Virus record (IMG/VR): IMGVR_UViG_3300030397_001150
Coordinates: 1-32,949 of that record
Length of the DNA: 32,949 bases
Strand: one strand, 5' to 3'
Source of the DNA: a virus
Taxonomy: Duplodnaviria; Caudoviricetes
The notes below the pieces were generated by a model. The model was not told the DNA's origin and did not search any database. It saw only the letters and a list, made by a program, of their open reading frames with translations. Positions 1-8,935 of this stretch are shown in pieces. Numbering within the stretch: position 1 is the stretch's first letter; the number at the start of each line of letters is the position of its first letter. The position numbers and the translations under genes are program-made.

Positions 1-17
1 GTTTCCCAGTCACGATC
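1..17 (+). other. Random-amplification (SISPA / Round A-B) primer tag, technical sequence
   Basis: GTTTCCCAGTCACGATC at the contig start is the M13-derived tag of the widely used primer GTTTCCCAGTCACGATC-N9. Confidence 0.85.
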
Positions 18-120
18 GCGCGGGGTTTATCGCTCCTTTCGTTATTAAATATTTTAATGGTTGGATTTTAACAGGGTGACTCTCATTTATTTACTTCTTG
101 GATTCATACACTTTGGGTGC

Positions 121-157
121 CTGTCATAAGAGAAAAAGACGCTTTGGAATAGGTTTG
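121..157 (+). promoter_or_regulatory. Putative late promoter/activator element, copy 1
   Basis: CTGTCATAA at 121, TTTG ending at 157, ATG at 162. The same layout recurs five more times. Confidence 0.7.
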
Positions 158-161
158 AGGT

Positions 162-506
162 ATGAAATCGGTTGAACTGAAAGAAGTTGCTGCAATAATT
201 GATGCCACCGGTACAGTTGATAGGGGGCGGCGTGTGGCAATCAAATATGTGAATGCTCAAGGAGATATCCGGAAAATGATCATTTCCAAACGTGCAGGAA
301 GAAGAGCATCAAGACCAGCACTGGGTGAATTGAGGAATCGCAAAAAGCCACATTATAGGGATAAGGCACTTATTCCTATTCTTGATCATTCATCAGAGGG
401 TCAACCGAAGAATATTTTTTTGTTTGGCATCATTGGATTCAATCCAGATCCGGATCTTTCCAAATTCTATCCTATAGCCCGATATGGTACAGAGAGTCAA
501 CAATAA
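162..506 (+). CDS. Hypothetical phage protein upstream of portal
   Basis: 114-aa basic ORF just after the late element, overlapping the portal start. Confidence 0.7.
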   Translation: MKSVELKEVAAIIDATGTVDRGRRVAIKYVNAQGDIRKMIISKRAGRRASRPALGELRNRKKPHYRDKALIPILDHSSEGQPKNIFLFGIIGFNPDPDLSKFYPIARYGTESQQ

Positions 507-1839
507 CAGTGCTTTCTATCTTCCAAGAAGCAACGCATTTGTCACTGCAGCTGATAGCAGCAATGTGCCACCAAAGCCTTTTGTGAAGTTCAGAAATGAA
601 ACTTCAGCCCTGGCTAAAAAAGAAGTGGACATTGCCCTGTGGGGAAAAGACAACCTGAAGCCATTAAAATGGATCGAGCTTCTTTCTGAAAGCAACATTG
701 CACCACAGCTCCTGATGACAAAAGTGGACTTTGCCTGTGGGGAAAGGCTGTATACATATACAGAAGATATCCAGGCAGATCCATCCACAGGCGAAATGAA
801 AATCATCAAGGTGCCAGTCCAGGCGCCTCCCCAACTGCAGCGGTGGCTCCAGGGCATCAAAGTGGAGCAGTTGATGCGCAAGAGAGCCACCGACTACTAT
901 TTTTCTGGGAATTGCTTCAATCAGTTTGTATTGGCCAGGGATCCTCAAAAGTATGGAATAGCCTGGATTGATCACATTGATAGCTGTGATGCCAGAATCG
1001 AGAAGATAAACAACAATCGAAGGATTGATCATTTCTGGGTTTCAGATGACTGGGGCAATGTGGTTTATTCCAAGAAAAAGAAGGAGGAAAACAACACGCG
1101 AAGATTCAAGGCATTCAAGGAATCAGATCCTTTCAAATATTTTCGCACAATCTATCACAGCAAAATATACTGGCCTGGCCAGAAATATTATGGCGTGCAG
1201 CCCTGGCACGCTGCAGAAAATTGGATTGGTTTTGCCAATCGCATTCCAGTTTGGATGACCAGCAACATAGACAACAGTTATAACATCAAATATCATATAC
1301 AGTACCCACAGTATTACTTTGATTATACACTTGATTGGTCAGAAGAAGATCGAAAGAAAGAGGAAGAACGGGTTTTTCAGCAGTTGGATGAATGGCTTGC
1401 TGGAAAGGGGAATGTAAGCAAAACCTTCTTCTCAAAAATGAACTTCGATCCACATACAGGGAAGGCGCTCGATGGGTGGAAAATAACACCTATCAAAAAC
1501 GAAATCCAGGACAAAGCCTGGGTGGAAGCATATAAGACTTCCCAGGGAGCAATGACATCTGGATGGGACATAAACCCATCATTGGCCAATATCCCTCAAG
1601 AAGGTAAATTCGCGGTGTCTGGGAGTGAGTTAAGAATTGCCTATCAGATCCATATCGCCTTAAAGGTATCGGCAGCCCGAGCCATAATGGTTGAACCCCT
1701 GGAAGTTGCTTACAGGGTAAATCAGGAATTAGGGGTGCCAGGTTTTGAAATCCCGGATCTGAAATTCGGTTTCATCAATAAAAATGTTGTAACGCTGGCA
1801 GAATCGCCTGCTGGCATAACCCCTGAAAATAATGATTGA
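484..1839 (+). CDS. Phage portal protein (Bacteroidota-phage type)
   Basis: 451 aa with WGKDNLKP, YYGVQPW and SGSELRIAY motifs reminiscent of portals of Bacteroidetes prophages; followed by an adaptor-like gene. Confidence 0.75.
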   Translation: MVQRVNNNSAFYLPRSNAFVTAADSSNVPPKPFVKFRNETSALAKKEVDIALWGKDNLKPLKWIELLSESNIAPQLLMTKVDFACGERLYTYTEDIQADPSTGEMKIIKVPVQAPPQLQRWLQGIKVEQLMRKRATDYYFSGNCFNQFVLARDPQKYGIAWIDHIDSCDARIEKINNNRRIDHFWVSDDWGNVVYSKKKKEENNTRRFKAFKESDPFKYFRTIYHSKIYWPGQKYYGVQPWHAAENWIGFANRIPVWMTSNIDNSYNIKYHIQYPQYYFDYTLDWSEEDRKKEEERVFQQLDEWLAGKGNVSKTFFSKMNFDPHTGKALDGWKITPIKNEIQDKAWVEAYKTSQGAMTSGWDINPSLANIPQEGKFAVSGSELRIAYQIHIALKVSAARAIMVEPLEVAYRVNQELGVPGFEIPDLKFGFINKNVVTLAESPAGITPENND

Positions 1840-1996
1840 TCCTTTGGTAATTGCAGCGGCGTTTCTTGGTATTGCTTCTATTGGTGACATGATTGCAAAG
1901 CTCATGGACAGCAGGAGCTCAGTACTGGGCACTTTCTTCTGGATCATGCATGGTATGGGAGTCATTTCATTGGTAATTGCATTAATCCTTTTCTGA
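1832..1996 (+). CDS. Small two-helix membrane protein (54 aa, below ORF-track cutoff)
   Basis: MIDPLVIAAAFLGIASIGDMIAKLMDSRSSVLGTFFWIMHGMGVISLVIALILF. ATG overlaps the portal end and TGA overlaps the next ATG (TGATG), filling the gap exactly. Confidence 0.7.
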   Translation: MIDPLVIAAAFLGIASIGDMIAKLMDSRSSVLGTFFWIMHGMGVISLVIALILF

Positions 1997-2985
1997 TGGC
2001 TTTATTCTTAGATACAGACGACTTCAAGGCTCACGCACCTGAAATTCACAGGAATTATGACTGGGGAAAATTATCTGTCAAAGTTGATCAGGTTACCAGG
2101 CTCAGAATCATTCCATTTGTTTCTCAAGCCGAATATGACCAGCTGGAGACAGACTATCTGAATGGATCCACAACAGCAGTACAGGATGGGCTTTTGGAGC
2201 TTATTCAGCCAGCAATCGCTTACTTCACATATTTGAATCTGTTGACCACAAACAGAGTACAGGTTTCCACCATGGGAAACACAGAAAACAGAAGTGATGA
2301 TGGAACCAGCACACCAGCATCTTTCAATGCCATTGCAGATGTCAAAGAAATGACTGCAGATATGGCTTATGAATTCATGGATAGGGCCCTGGAATATCTG
2401 GAAGAGAACCAGGTTGATTTTGGGCTGTGGTATAACAGTACAGCCAGGACTGAAATAATGTCTTTATTTGTCTCCACGACAAAGATCTTGAATCGATATA
2501 TCCATGCAGGACTTAGCAGATATACCTTCCTCAGCATGCGTTCTGAACTCCTCGATGTTCAGATAAATAAAATCAGAAAAGATCTGGGAGACACATTTTA
2601 TAATAACCTCCTTGGGGGCTATCAGGCTGGGACGCTATCCGTTGAAGAAGAGAAGGTCATTCCATTGATTCAGGCATGGCAGGCTTCAGAGGGAATGCTC
2701 AGGGCTCTTCCAATGAATAGGATAAAAATCATCAATGGATCCATCTTTTTGAGATCCAATTTGGATGGACCAGAGAGAACCTATCAGCCAACAAAAGATG
2801 CAATGAGACAGCTGGAGGCAAGATTGACAGAGAAAGCTACATCTGCAAAATCTGAATTGATAAAATTCCTTGAAGAGAACGTTGATGATTACCCTGATTA
2901 TACTGTATCTACGGTTACCCTAGAGGATGGAAAAACCTCCCAGGGACTGCCTAATAATGCCTTCAAAAGATCATTTCGAGTATGA
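1996..2985 (+). CDS. Putative head-tail adaptor (DUF6712-like)
   Basis: 329 aa after portal with two similar helical halves (IIPFVSQAEYDQL / IRKDLGDTFYNNL), recalling the post-portal protein of Bacteroidetes phages. Confidence 0.55.
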   Translation: MALFLDTDDFKAHAPEIHRNYDWGKLSVKVDQVTRLRIIPFVSQAEYDQLETDYLNGSTTAVQDGLLELIQPAIAYFTYLNLLTTNRVQVSTMGNTENRSDDGTSTPASFNAIADVKEMTADMAYEFMDRALEYLEENQVDFGLWYNSTARTEIMSLFVSTTKILNRYIHAGLSRYTFLSMRSELLDVQINKIRKDLGDTFYNNLLGGYQAGTLSVEEEKVIPLIQAWQASEGMLRALPMNRIKIINGSIFLRSNLDGPERTYQPTKDAMRQLEARLTEKATSAKSELIKFLEENVDDYPDYTVSTVTLEDGKTSQGLPNNAFKRSFRV

Positions 2986-3185
2986 CAAATTTAAGTATGA
3001 AGGAAAAATTGCTTTCAAGTCTTGCACTTTCTGGGCTTGCCGTTCTTAACACTTTTGGACACATTTTTGATGAATGGGCAGCCAGGCTCTCTGTTCTATT
3101 GGGTATAATATCTGCATTGATAATAATGAGGTATTACTGGTTTAAAGGGAATGCAGCAAAAAAAGAATTGGACATTGATGATTGA
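2982..3185 (+). CDS. Small membrane protein, holin-like
   Basis: 67 aa, two hydrophobic stretches and a charged C-terminus (KKELDIDD); ATGA overlap with upstream gene. Confidence 0.5.
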   Translation: MTNLSMKEKLLSSLALSGLAVLNTFGHIFDEWAARLSVLLGIISALIIMRYYWFKGNAAKKELDIDD

Positions 3186-3188
3186 ATC

Positions 3189-3224
3189 CTGTCATAATTG
3201 CCACTTATATACGTAGCGACCTTG
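3189..3224 (+). promoter_or_regulatory. Putative late promoter/activator element, copy 2
   Basis: CTGTCATAATTGCCA...CGACCTTG, final G 35 nt after the first C. Confidence 0.7.
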
Positions 3225-3242
3225 GAGTAAAACGATACGATT

Positions 3243-3695
3243 ATGAAAAAAATCATCATGCTCCTTCTTCTCATTCTTCCATCGATGCTTTTTCCTCAAG
3301 CAGAACCGGACACAGTTGAGCTGGCTGCAGAAGCTGGTAAGTCTTTAACAATCAATTTTTGGGTTGCTTTAGGGTTTTCAGCCTTAATGTTGGTCGGATC
3401 CAGTATTTTCTTTTTCTTCAGAGGCAGACTTTTGGAGGCAAGAAAACAGGCAAGATCCCAGATGACATCACGTTCCATCCACATGCCAGTAAGTCTCAAA
3501 AATATTATTGGAGGCAATAAAGTTGCTGCTTCAGTGCTGGCCATGGTTGGCAGTTTCTTCCTGGGCTATGGAGTCTTTTGGCTTAGTGGAAACAATTGGC
3601 AGGAATTCGAAATAATTGGACCCTGGGGAATTGTGGCCATAGTGGTCACTTTTGGAACAGCTATCTTTTCCCTGGTCAAAATATCAAAGGCTTAG
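3243..3695 (+). CDS. Membrane protein with signal peptide and about 3 TM helices
   Basis: MKKIIMLLLLILPSMLFPQ signal-like start plus three hydrophobic segments; own late element and terminator. Confidence 0.7.
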   Translation: MKKIIMLLLLILPSMLFPQAEPDTVELAAEAGKSLTINFWVALGFSALMLVGSSIFFFFRGRLLEARKQARSQMTSRSIHMPVSLKNIIGGNKVAASVLAMVGSFFLGYGVFWLSGNNWQEFEIIGPWGIVAIVVTFGTAIFSLVKISKA

Positions 3696-3728
3696 ACAGA
3701 TAGGTAAAATTAATCTGGCGATTAATGG

Positions 3729-3758
3729 ACTCCTGGCACAAATGTCAGGAGTTTTTTT
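3729..3758 (+). terminator. Rho-independent terminator
   Basis: ACTCCTGGCA-caaa-TGTCAGGAGT stem (one G-U) followed by a T run. Confidence 0.8.
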
Positions 3759-3825
3759 GTATGTAAAATATACCGATCGGTATGACCGAAAGTTTTGAAT
3801 TGTGGCATTTTTGGAATATTGTTTT

Positions 3826-4152
3826 CTCGGACACGCTGATTATCAGGGGTTTAACTGCCTGTCCGACCCCCTGAGAAAAAAACAGGTCGTATGTTAAAAA
3901 AAACATAGAAACATAGCCAAGCGGGTTTAACTGCCTGATAATGAGACTTTTGGCAAAAAAGAGGAGTATAGAAAAAGTATAGATTTTATATAGCCTTTTT
4001 TTTTTCAAAACATAGCCATAGATTTTTTTTAAAAAAGCTATGTTTTGAAACGGGGTTAAGTGCCTGCTGTCCAGTCGGTTATACAAAAAATCTATGTTTC
4101 TATGTTTTTCTATGCTGAAAAAAGGGGTATACCTCTGGCAAACCTCGGACAC
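3826..4152. repeat. Iteron-rich non-coding region, putative replication origin
   Basis: Nested perfect inverted repeats (3899-3916/4092-4109, 18 bp; 4003-4016/4037-4050, 14 bp); YATAG pentamers switching to CTATG; GGGTTTAACTGCCTG at 3847 and 3923 (variant 4052); CTCGGACAC at 3826 and 4144; IHF-consensus matches at 3841-3853 and 3928-3940 (minus). Confidence 0.6.
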
Positions 4153-4230
4153 AGACAGGGAATACGTGAATAGTACTATTTTTCGCAAAAATCGCTATAT
4201 TTAATAAAATGAGGTTAAAATAGTATAGGT

Positions 4231-4776
4231 TTGATTTCAGTGCCAATTTCCGGATATGTCCGGGCATACCTTGCTTCAGAATTTGGTCCACCTCCTTACA
4301 ACCTGTGTATTGATGCCAAGAATAAGCTTAGACTTGAATTCCTTTCAGTCGAAACTCATTCCTTGATTTATTCTTCTCTATACTTGAATGATAGGGTAGA
4401 TCTGCAAATTGAAGACAGTGCCAAACTGGTAGCACATTATTCCAAGCACAAACATCTTTTTGACCGTGGCATATTTGGAGCTCATGACTTTTTCACAGCT
4501 CTGTATATGTTCGTGGAATTCACCTGTGATAATCACCTACGATTTGAAGGTGGAAACAGGAAGGATCTAAACTACAGGATTGCAATTGAGAGATTCATGC
4601 AGAAATACAACATTTCAGAAGATCTCTATAGCTATGACAATCTGTACAGGCAGTTTTGCAGGCAGAAGCGATCACGGAAAGTATACCAGGCATATAGAAA
4701 TATACAGCCTGATAATTCACCCTTTTCATGCAGACTCAGACCAGATTCTTTTTTTTCAAAAAAGCACACAGCCTAG
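4231..4776 (+). CDS. Hypothetical protein, candidate transcriptional regulator
   Basis: 181 aa, TTG start. N-terminal ISVPISGYVRAYL (beta-strand/helix) and C-terminal AIERFMQKYNISEDLYSYDNLYRQF helical segment suggest DNA binding. Confidence 0.55.
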   Translation: MISVPISGYVRAYLASEFGPPPYNLCIDAKNKLRLEFLSVETHSLIYSSLYLNDRVDLQIEDSAKLVAHYSKHKHLFDRGIFGAHDFFTALYMFVEFTCDNHLRFEGGNRKDLNYRIAIERFMQKYNISEDLYSYDNLYRQFCRQKRSRKVYQAYRNIQPDNSPFSCRLRPDSFFSKKHTA

Positions 4777-4807
4777 AAGTTGTTTACACCCCTAAATAGT
4801 GGTAAAA

Positions 4808-5044
4808 ATGGATGAGCAAAAACCACAAGTTCTTTCAGTCATTGGGACATCGATACGAAACGCCAGATCATACAGAGATCTGTCCCAAGAAGAACTTGGA
4901 AAATTAGTGGGAAAAAGCCAGCAGGCGATATCAGCAATCGAATTGGGATCCAAGAATATTTCAATGATGACATTCTGGAAAATTATTGAGGTACTGGGAT
5001 TTTACGCTGATATTGATATTGCTCCAGTTGAATCTCTGTCATAA
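4808..5044 (+). CDS. XRE-family helix-turn-helix regulator
   Basis: IRNARSYRDLSQEELGKLVGKSQQAISAIELG is a canonical HTH_3 pattern; ATG at 4808 preferred over GTG at 4799. Confidence 0.9.
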   Translation: MDEQKPQVLSVIGTSIRNARSYRDLSQEELGKLVGKSQQAISAIELGSKNISMMTFWKIIEVLGFYADIDIAPVESLS

Positions 5045-5071
5045 TTGCCAGGAAGTAAGTTTGCGACCTTG
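5036..5071 (+). promoter_or_regulatory. Putative late promoter/activator element, copy 3
   Basis: CTGTCATAATTGCCA...CGACCTTG, 35-nt spacing, ATG at 5077; contains the HTH gene stop codon. Confidence 0.7.
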
Positions 5072-5076
5072 TGAAC

Positions 5077-7080
5077 ATGATTGATCCCTGCATTCTTGAC
5101 AGTCTCGGTTGTGCAGACCAGCCTAACTTAGGCGGGTCTTATCATACCCTGTGGGTACTCAGATGGCAAGATGTCGAGGAAGTGCCCCATGTTTGTGATG
5201 GATCTGAAACAAGCCTGCCAATAACCATCAAGCCTGGCACAGCTTCAGTCAGCTACAAATTTCTTCCTGATACTCTCAGGTACAGAGAACGTCCCAAAAA
5301 ATCTCCACATGGTACCTACATCGAGTACGTTGTGGAAGGCTTCAGGCCAAAGATGAGCCCAGCCCATGAGCATGAGATATGCAAGCTCATGAAGGGGTAT
5401 TATATCTTGATCTATGAAGATGCAAATGGCTATGTTCGTCTTTTGGGAGATAAAACTCATCCTATGATTTTCACCCCATCAGGTGATACTGGGAAATCTG
5501 GAAAAGACACAAATGGCATTGATTGGCAGTTTAAGGGAATAGGTTTGTGCCCTTCCATATTCATGGATCCCAGCATTCCTCCTCCAAATGAGTCTGTAAT
5601 ACCTTTGGCAAAGTTGACTGCGACCGGTCCGGATGCACTCTGTATTTACCAGCTGACAGCCCTTGGCAGCAAGACCACTGATGATGTCTTGATCACAGCT
5701 GCCACACCTGCAGCCACAGCCGTACTTCAATATTCCTTTTTTAAAGGTTCTGAAAACATCTACAATGTAGAAATAGCACCTGATGCAGATGCTACTTTAA
5801 TAGGATCCTGGACAATATTACCTTTTGGAACTCGCTCATCTGCACAGTTTGAGGCTGAGGTTGTGGATTACATTCAAGCTGGGGGAACTGGATTTGCCTT
5901 TGATTTAAGTATGGATGGCCTAACTGCAGCTTTTGGTGTTGGGGTTCTTATCCGGGTCAGGATGGCCGTAAAACAAGGAACAAAAAACAGCTTAGCAGTT
6001 GAGGTTGAGCTTCAAACCTGTGAGATTGAACTGGAGGAATTTACATTTCAAACAGATCTCAACCCTGCAACTGATGACAATTTTGACCCTGCCATCATTC
6101 AACCTTCAACAGGAACGTGGGTGTTTGAGAATTCAGAAGAATTTGAATCAAATTCAATAAACATTGATGGTGTTACTGAAGGATTGAATGGCACCACACA
6201 GGATGTGGTTTTAAAAGTCTTGGCATTGTCTCAAATCACCTCACTTATCATGGATAATGATAAGATTGTTGGGTCAGTGGATCTATCTTCTTTTTCAGCA
6301 TTGACTACACTTAACCTCAACGATAATCTAGGATTAAATCAGGTCACAATTGGAACAGGCAGTATTATCACCAACCCGGGAATTGCAAGATGTGGTATCA
6401 CAGGAACACTCAATTTTTCTCAACGTCAAATTGCTGGTTCTGTAGATTTCTCAGAGAATCCCAATATGACAGGGATAACCTTCCATGGTTTGACCACTAA
6501 CATGCTGGGCCAATTGTATGTTTGGGGAAATGGTCTGACGACGCTGGATTTATCAAATGTATTGATCAATTTGTGGCTATATGCCTATGACAATCCAGGA
6601 TTACAATCAGTTACAATTGCTCCAGGGACCACCCTCCAAAAATGCTATTTTTATGAATGCGACCTTGATCCGGTTCTTGATTTATCAAATGTAACCCTAA
6701 CCGGATCCTCAACCGGTTTTGCTCAAAGAGACAATCCCAGGCTGGAGAGTATCATACATTCCGCATCTACTGCAAAGTTTTGGTTTTATCAGGTCGAAAG
6801 GTGCAATATCAATTATTATGACTTGACCATGCTTTCGACCATGTTCGATCGAAATTCTGGTCTTTTTTACTTCCATGATAATAACATGAGTGTAGAGCAT
6901 GTTAATCATTTCCTGGTTGATTTTGATAGCATGAGCGACAACGCATATAGTGGGAGAGTTATTGACATTGGGGGGTCAAATGCGGCCCCTAATGACGGCT
7001 CTGGAGCTGGTGGGGGATATGACGGACTTACGGCAAAAGCAAATCTTATAGCAAAAGGATTCACTGTAACAACATCATAA
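5077..7080 (+). CDS. Virion protein: tail-tube-like N-terminal domain fused to leucine-rich repeats
   Basis: N-terminal ~165 aa resembles ORF 10399-10920; C-terminal half has repeated LxxLxLxxN / LDLSN units. ATG at 5077 fits the late-element spacing. Confidence 0.65.
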   Translation: MIDPCILDSLGCADQPNLGGSYHTLWVLRWQDVEEVPHVCDGSETSLPITIKPGTASVSYKFLPDTLRYRERPKKSPHGTYIEYVVEGFRPKMSPAHEHEICKLMKGYYILIYEDANGYVRLLGDKTHPMIFTPSGDTGKSGKDTNGIDWQFKGIGLCPSIFMDPSIPPPNESVIPLAKLTATGPDALCIYQLTALGSKTTDDVLITAATPAATAVLQYSFFKGSENIYNVEIAPDADATLIGSWTILPFGTRSSAQFEAEVVDYIQAGGTGFAFDLSMDGLTAAFGVGVLIRVRMAVKQGTKNSLAVEVELQTCEIELEEFTFQTDLNPATDDNFDPAIIQPSTGTWVFENSEEFESNSINIDGVTEGLNGTTQDVVLKVLALSQITSLIMDNDKIVGSVDLSSFSALTTLNLNDNLGLNQVTIGTGSIITNPGIARCGITGTLNFSQRQIAGSVDFSENPNMTGITFHGLTTNMLGQLYVWGNGLTTLDLSNVLINLWLYAYDNPGLQSVTIAPGTTLQKCYFYECDLDPVLDLSNVTLTGSSTGFAQRDNPRLESIIHSASTAKFWFYQVERCNINYYDLTMLSTMFDRNSGLFYFHDNNMSVEHVNHFLVDFDSMSDNAYSGRVIDIGGSNAAPNDGSGAGGGYDGLTAKANLIAKGFTVTTS

Positions 7081-7081
7081 A

Positions 7082-7639
7082 ATGGGCGCAACACTTTCAA
7101 CAACACAAATAACTAAATATACTTTAACTCCTGTAGGACCAGGTGGCTACTGGTGGACAGCAATAGGCCAAGGAAACACTGTCTATCAAATCAACTATTC
7201 ACAGGGAACAACCGAATCATTAGCAGAGCTATATGCTGTAGATACTTTCTGGGATTTGATGGTTGAGATGCACACCAGGGGAATAGGACTTCCTTCAGTT
7301 GAAATCAGGATCAACCTGGAAGATATTGCCAATCGAAATGGCTTGATGAGTCAGTTCACAAGCCTTACAGGTCAACAGATTGATCAGATTGCTGCGAATT
7401 TCAATGAAGTTGAGATTATAAAAATGCTAGGTGTTTTTCCCCTTTTGAGGAAATTCTATAATAGGGGGCACTTAACCCTTTTGCAGGTGCAGAATATTTT
7501 AATTTACCTTGGGAAAGAGGAAAAAATCACACGAATGAAAGCAGAATCTGCAATCAAATTTCTTCTCAATAAAGGAGACATTACCCAACCACAAGCAGAT
7601 GCTTTTTGGGTTCTTTGGGATGCACAGGTTGGGAACTAA
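7082..7639 (+). CDS. Hypothetical protein
   Basis: 185-aa ORF starting 1 nt after the upstream stop. Confidence 0.7.
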   Translation: MGATLSTTQITKYTLTPVGPGGYWWTAIGQGNTVYQINYSQGTTESLAELYAVDTFWDLMVEMHTRGIGLPSVEIRINLEDIANRNGLMSQFTSLTGQQIDQIAANFNEVEIIKMLGVFPLLRKFYNRGHLTLLQVQNILIYLGKEEKITRMKAESAIKFLLNKGDITQPQADAFWVLWDAQVGN

Positions 7640-7641
7640 CG

Positions 7642-7677
7642 CTGTCCTAATACTCGCCTTATAATGAGGCGAATTTG
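7642..7677 (+). promoter_or_regulatory. Putative late promoter/activator element, copy 4
   Basis: CTGTCCTAA...ATTTG, 35-nt spacing, ATG at 7683; spacer holds a TCGCCT/AGGCGA inverted repeat. Confidence 0.7.
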
Positions 7678-7682
7678 CCTGC

Positions 7683-8933
7683 ATGATACTTGGAAAAGAA
7701 TTCATTCAGGCACTTTCTGCCACTTATATGATCGATTGGCGGTACGGGTATAACCTGGCTGCCATGGCTCATTTAGTAAGGGAAGGAAAAGTTCAATGGA
7801 CAAAAGAAACCTTTGGACTTTCCAGACCTGATGCAGAATCATTTGCCTATACACTTTCTTTTCCTTCAGCAACAGATTCACGAATAATGGAAAAGGTCGG
7901 AGTTCTTGAGATCTCTGGACCTATTTTTCGTGATTCCCAATTTTGTGGTCCGATGGGAAGCCTGGACATGGCTGACAGAATCAAAGGCTTTGATTCTGAT
8001 CCAGATGTCAAAGCTATTGCCCTGAAAATGTTCACACCAGGTGGACAGGTGGCAGGGACTGAAATCCTGACTACAACCATAATGAACACCTCAAAGCCTG
8101 TTGTGGCTTGGGGTGAAGAAATGCTTTCGGGCGGTGCATACATAGCTTGTGGAGCTGATTCCATTTGGCTGAGTGGGAAAAATGCTGAAGTGGGAAGTAT
8201 CGGAGTGCAGCTGAGTTATCACTCTTTCAAGGAATTTTTTGAAAAGCAAGGAATCAAGGAATTCAACATCAAGGCAACCACAAGCCCTGATAAAAACAAA
8301 TTCGACTGGGACAACCTGACAGAAGAAGAACAGGCTCAAGTTGCCAGAGAAATACTGGATCCATTAGATGCCAATTTTATGGAATTCGTGAAAGAGCGAA
8401 GGCCAGGTGTCGAGGAGTCTGCACTCACTGGGAATGTCTACTTCGCAGAGGAAGCTATTTCTTTAGGTCTTGCCGATCAGATAGGGACATTCGAAGAAGC
8501 AATTCAACATGCGCTCGATATGGCGGGCGTTGACACTCATATTAATTCCACAGAAATGACGGAAAATAATCCCGCTGTAACTCATATCGAGGAGCAGCCT
8601 ACCAATGAACTTGCCCAGGCTCAGGCAAGAATCACGGAGTTGGAAGAGAAAGTTCGTGCAAAAAATGCAGCCATCATTGAACACCTGGCCACGATAGAAG
8701 AGCAGGAAGTTGAGATTCAAACCTTGAAGGTTGAGAATCAAAGACTTCGAAGACTTCCCGCAGCTGATCCAGAGGCAGAAGTGACAGCGCCTGCAGCTGA
8801 TGCTGCAGTGACTATCAGTGAGAACAAGCCAGCAGGGGAACCTCTTCCAAAATCCCTCCAGGCTGCAGTCGATGCCGGACAGAGACGAAGAGATCGACAT
8901 ATCATTCAAGGAAAAATCAAAACTGAAGAATAA
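7683..8933 (+). CDS. Prohead protease (S49/SppA family) with C-terminal scaffold
   Basis: VGVLEISGPI, TPGG, SGGAYIACGAD, VGSIGV and AISLGLADQIGTF motifs; C-terminal coiled coil; directly before the capsid gene. Confidence 0.9.
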   Translation: MILGKEFIQALSATYMIDWRYGYNLAAMAHLVREGKVQWTKETFGLSRPDAESFAYTLSFPSATDSRIMEKVGVLEISGPIFRDSQFCGPMGSLDMADRIKGFDSDPDVKAIALKMFTPGGQVAGTEILTTTIMNTSKPVVAWGEEMLSGGAYIACGADSIWLSGKNAEVGSIGVQLSYHSFKEFFEKQGIKEFNIKATTSPDKNKFDWDNLTEEEQAQVAREILDPLDANFMEFVKERRPGVEESALTGNVYFAEEAISLGLADQIGTFEEAIQHALDMAGVDTHINSTEMTENNPAVTHIEEQPTNELAQAQARITELEEKVRAKNAAIIEHLATIEEQEVEIQTLKVENQRLRRLPAADPEAEVTAPAADAAVTISENKPAGEPLPKSLQAAVDAGQRRRDRHIIQGKIKTEE

Positions 8934-8935
8934 TC

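Noticed and set aside
3745-4291. Minus-strand ORFs 3745-4188 and 4100-4291
   Set aside because: They run across homopolymer-rich repeats, have low-complexity F/K/I translations and weak starts.
5077-7080. Diversity-generating retroelement target
   Set aside because: No reverse transcriptase and no template/variable repeat pair seen in the window.
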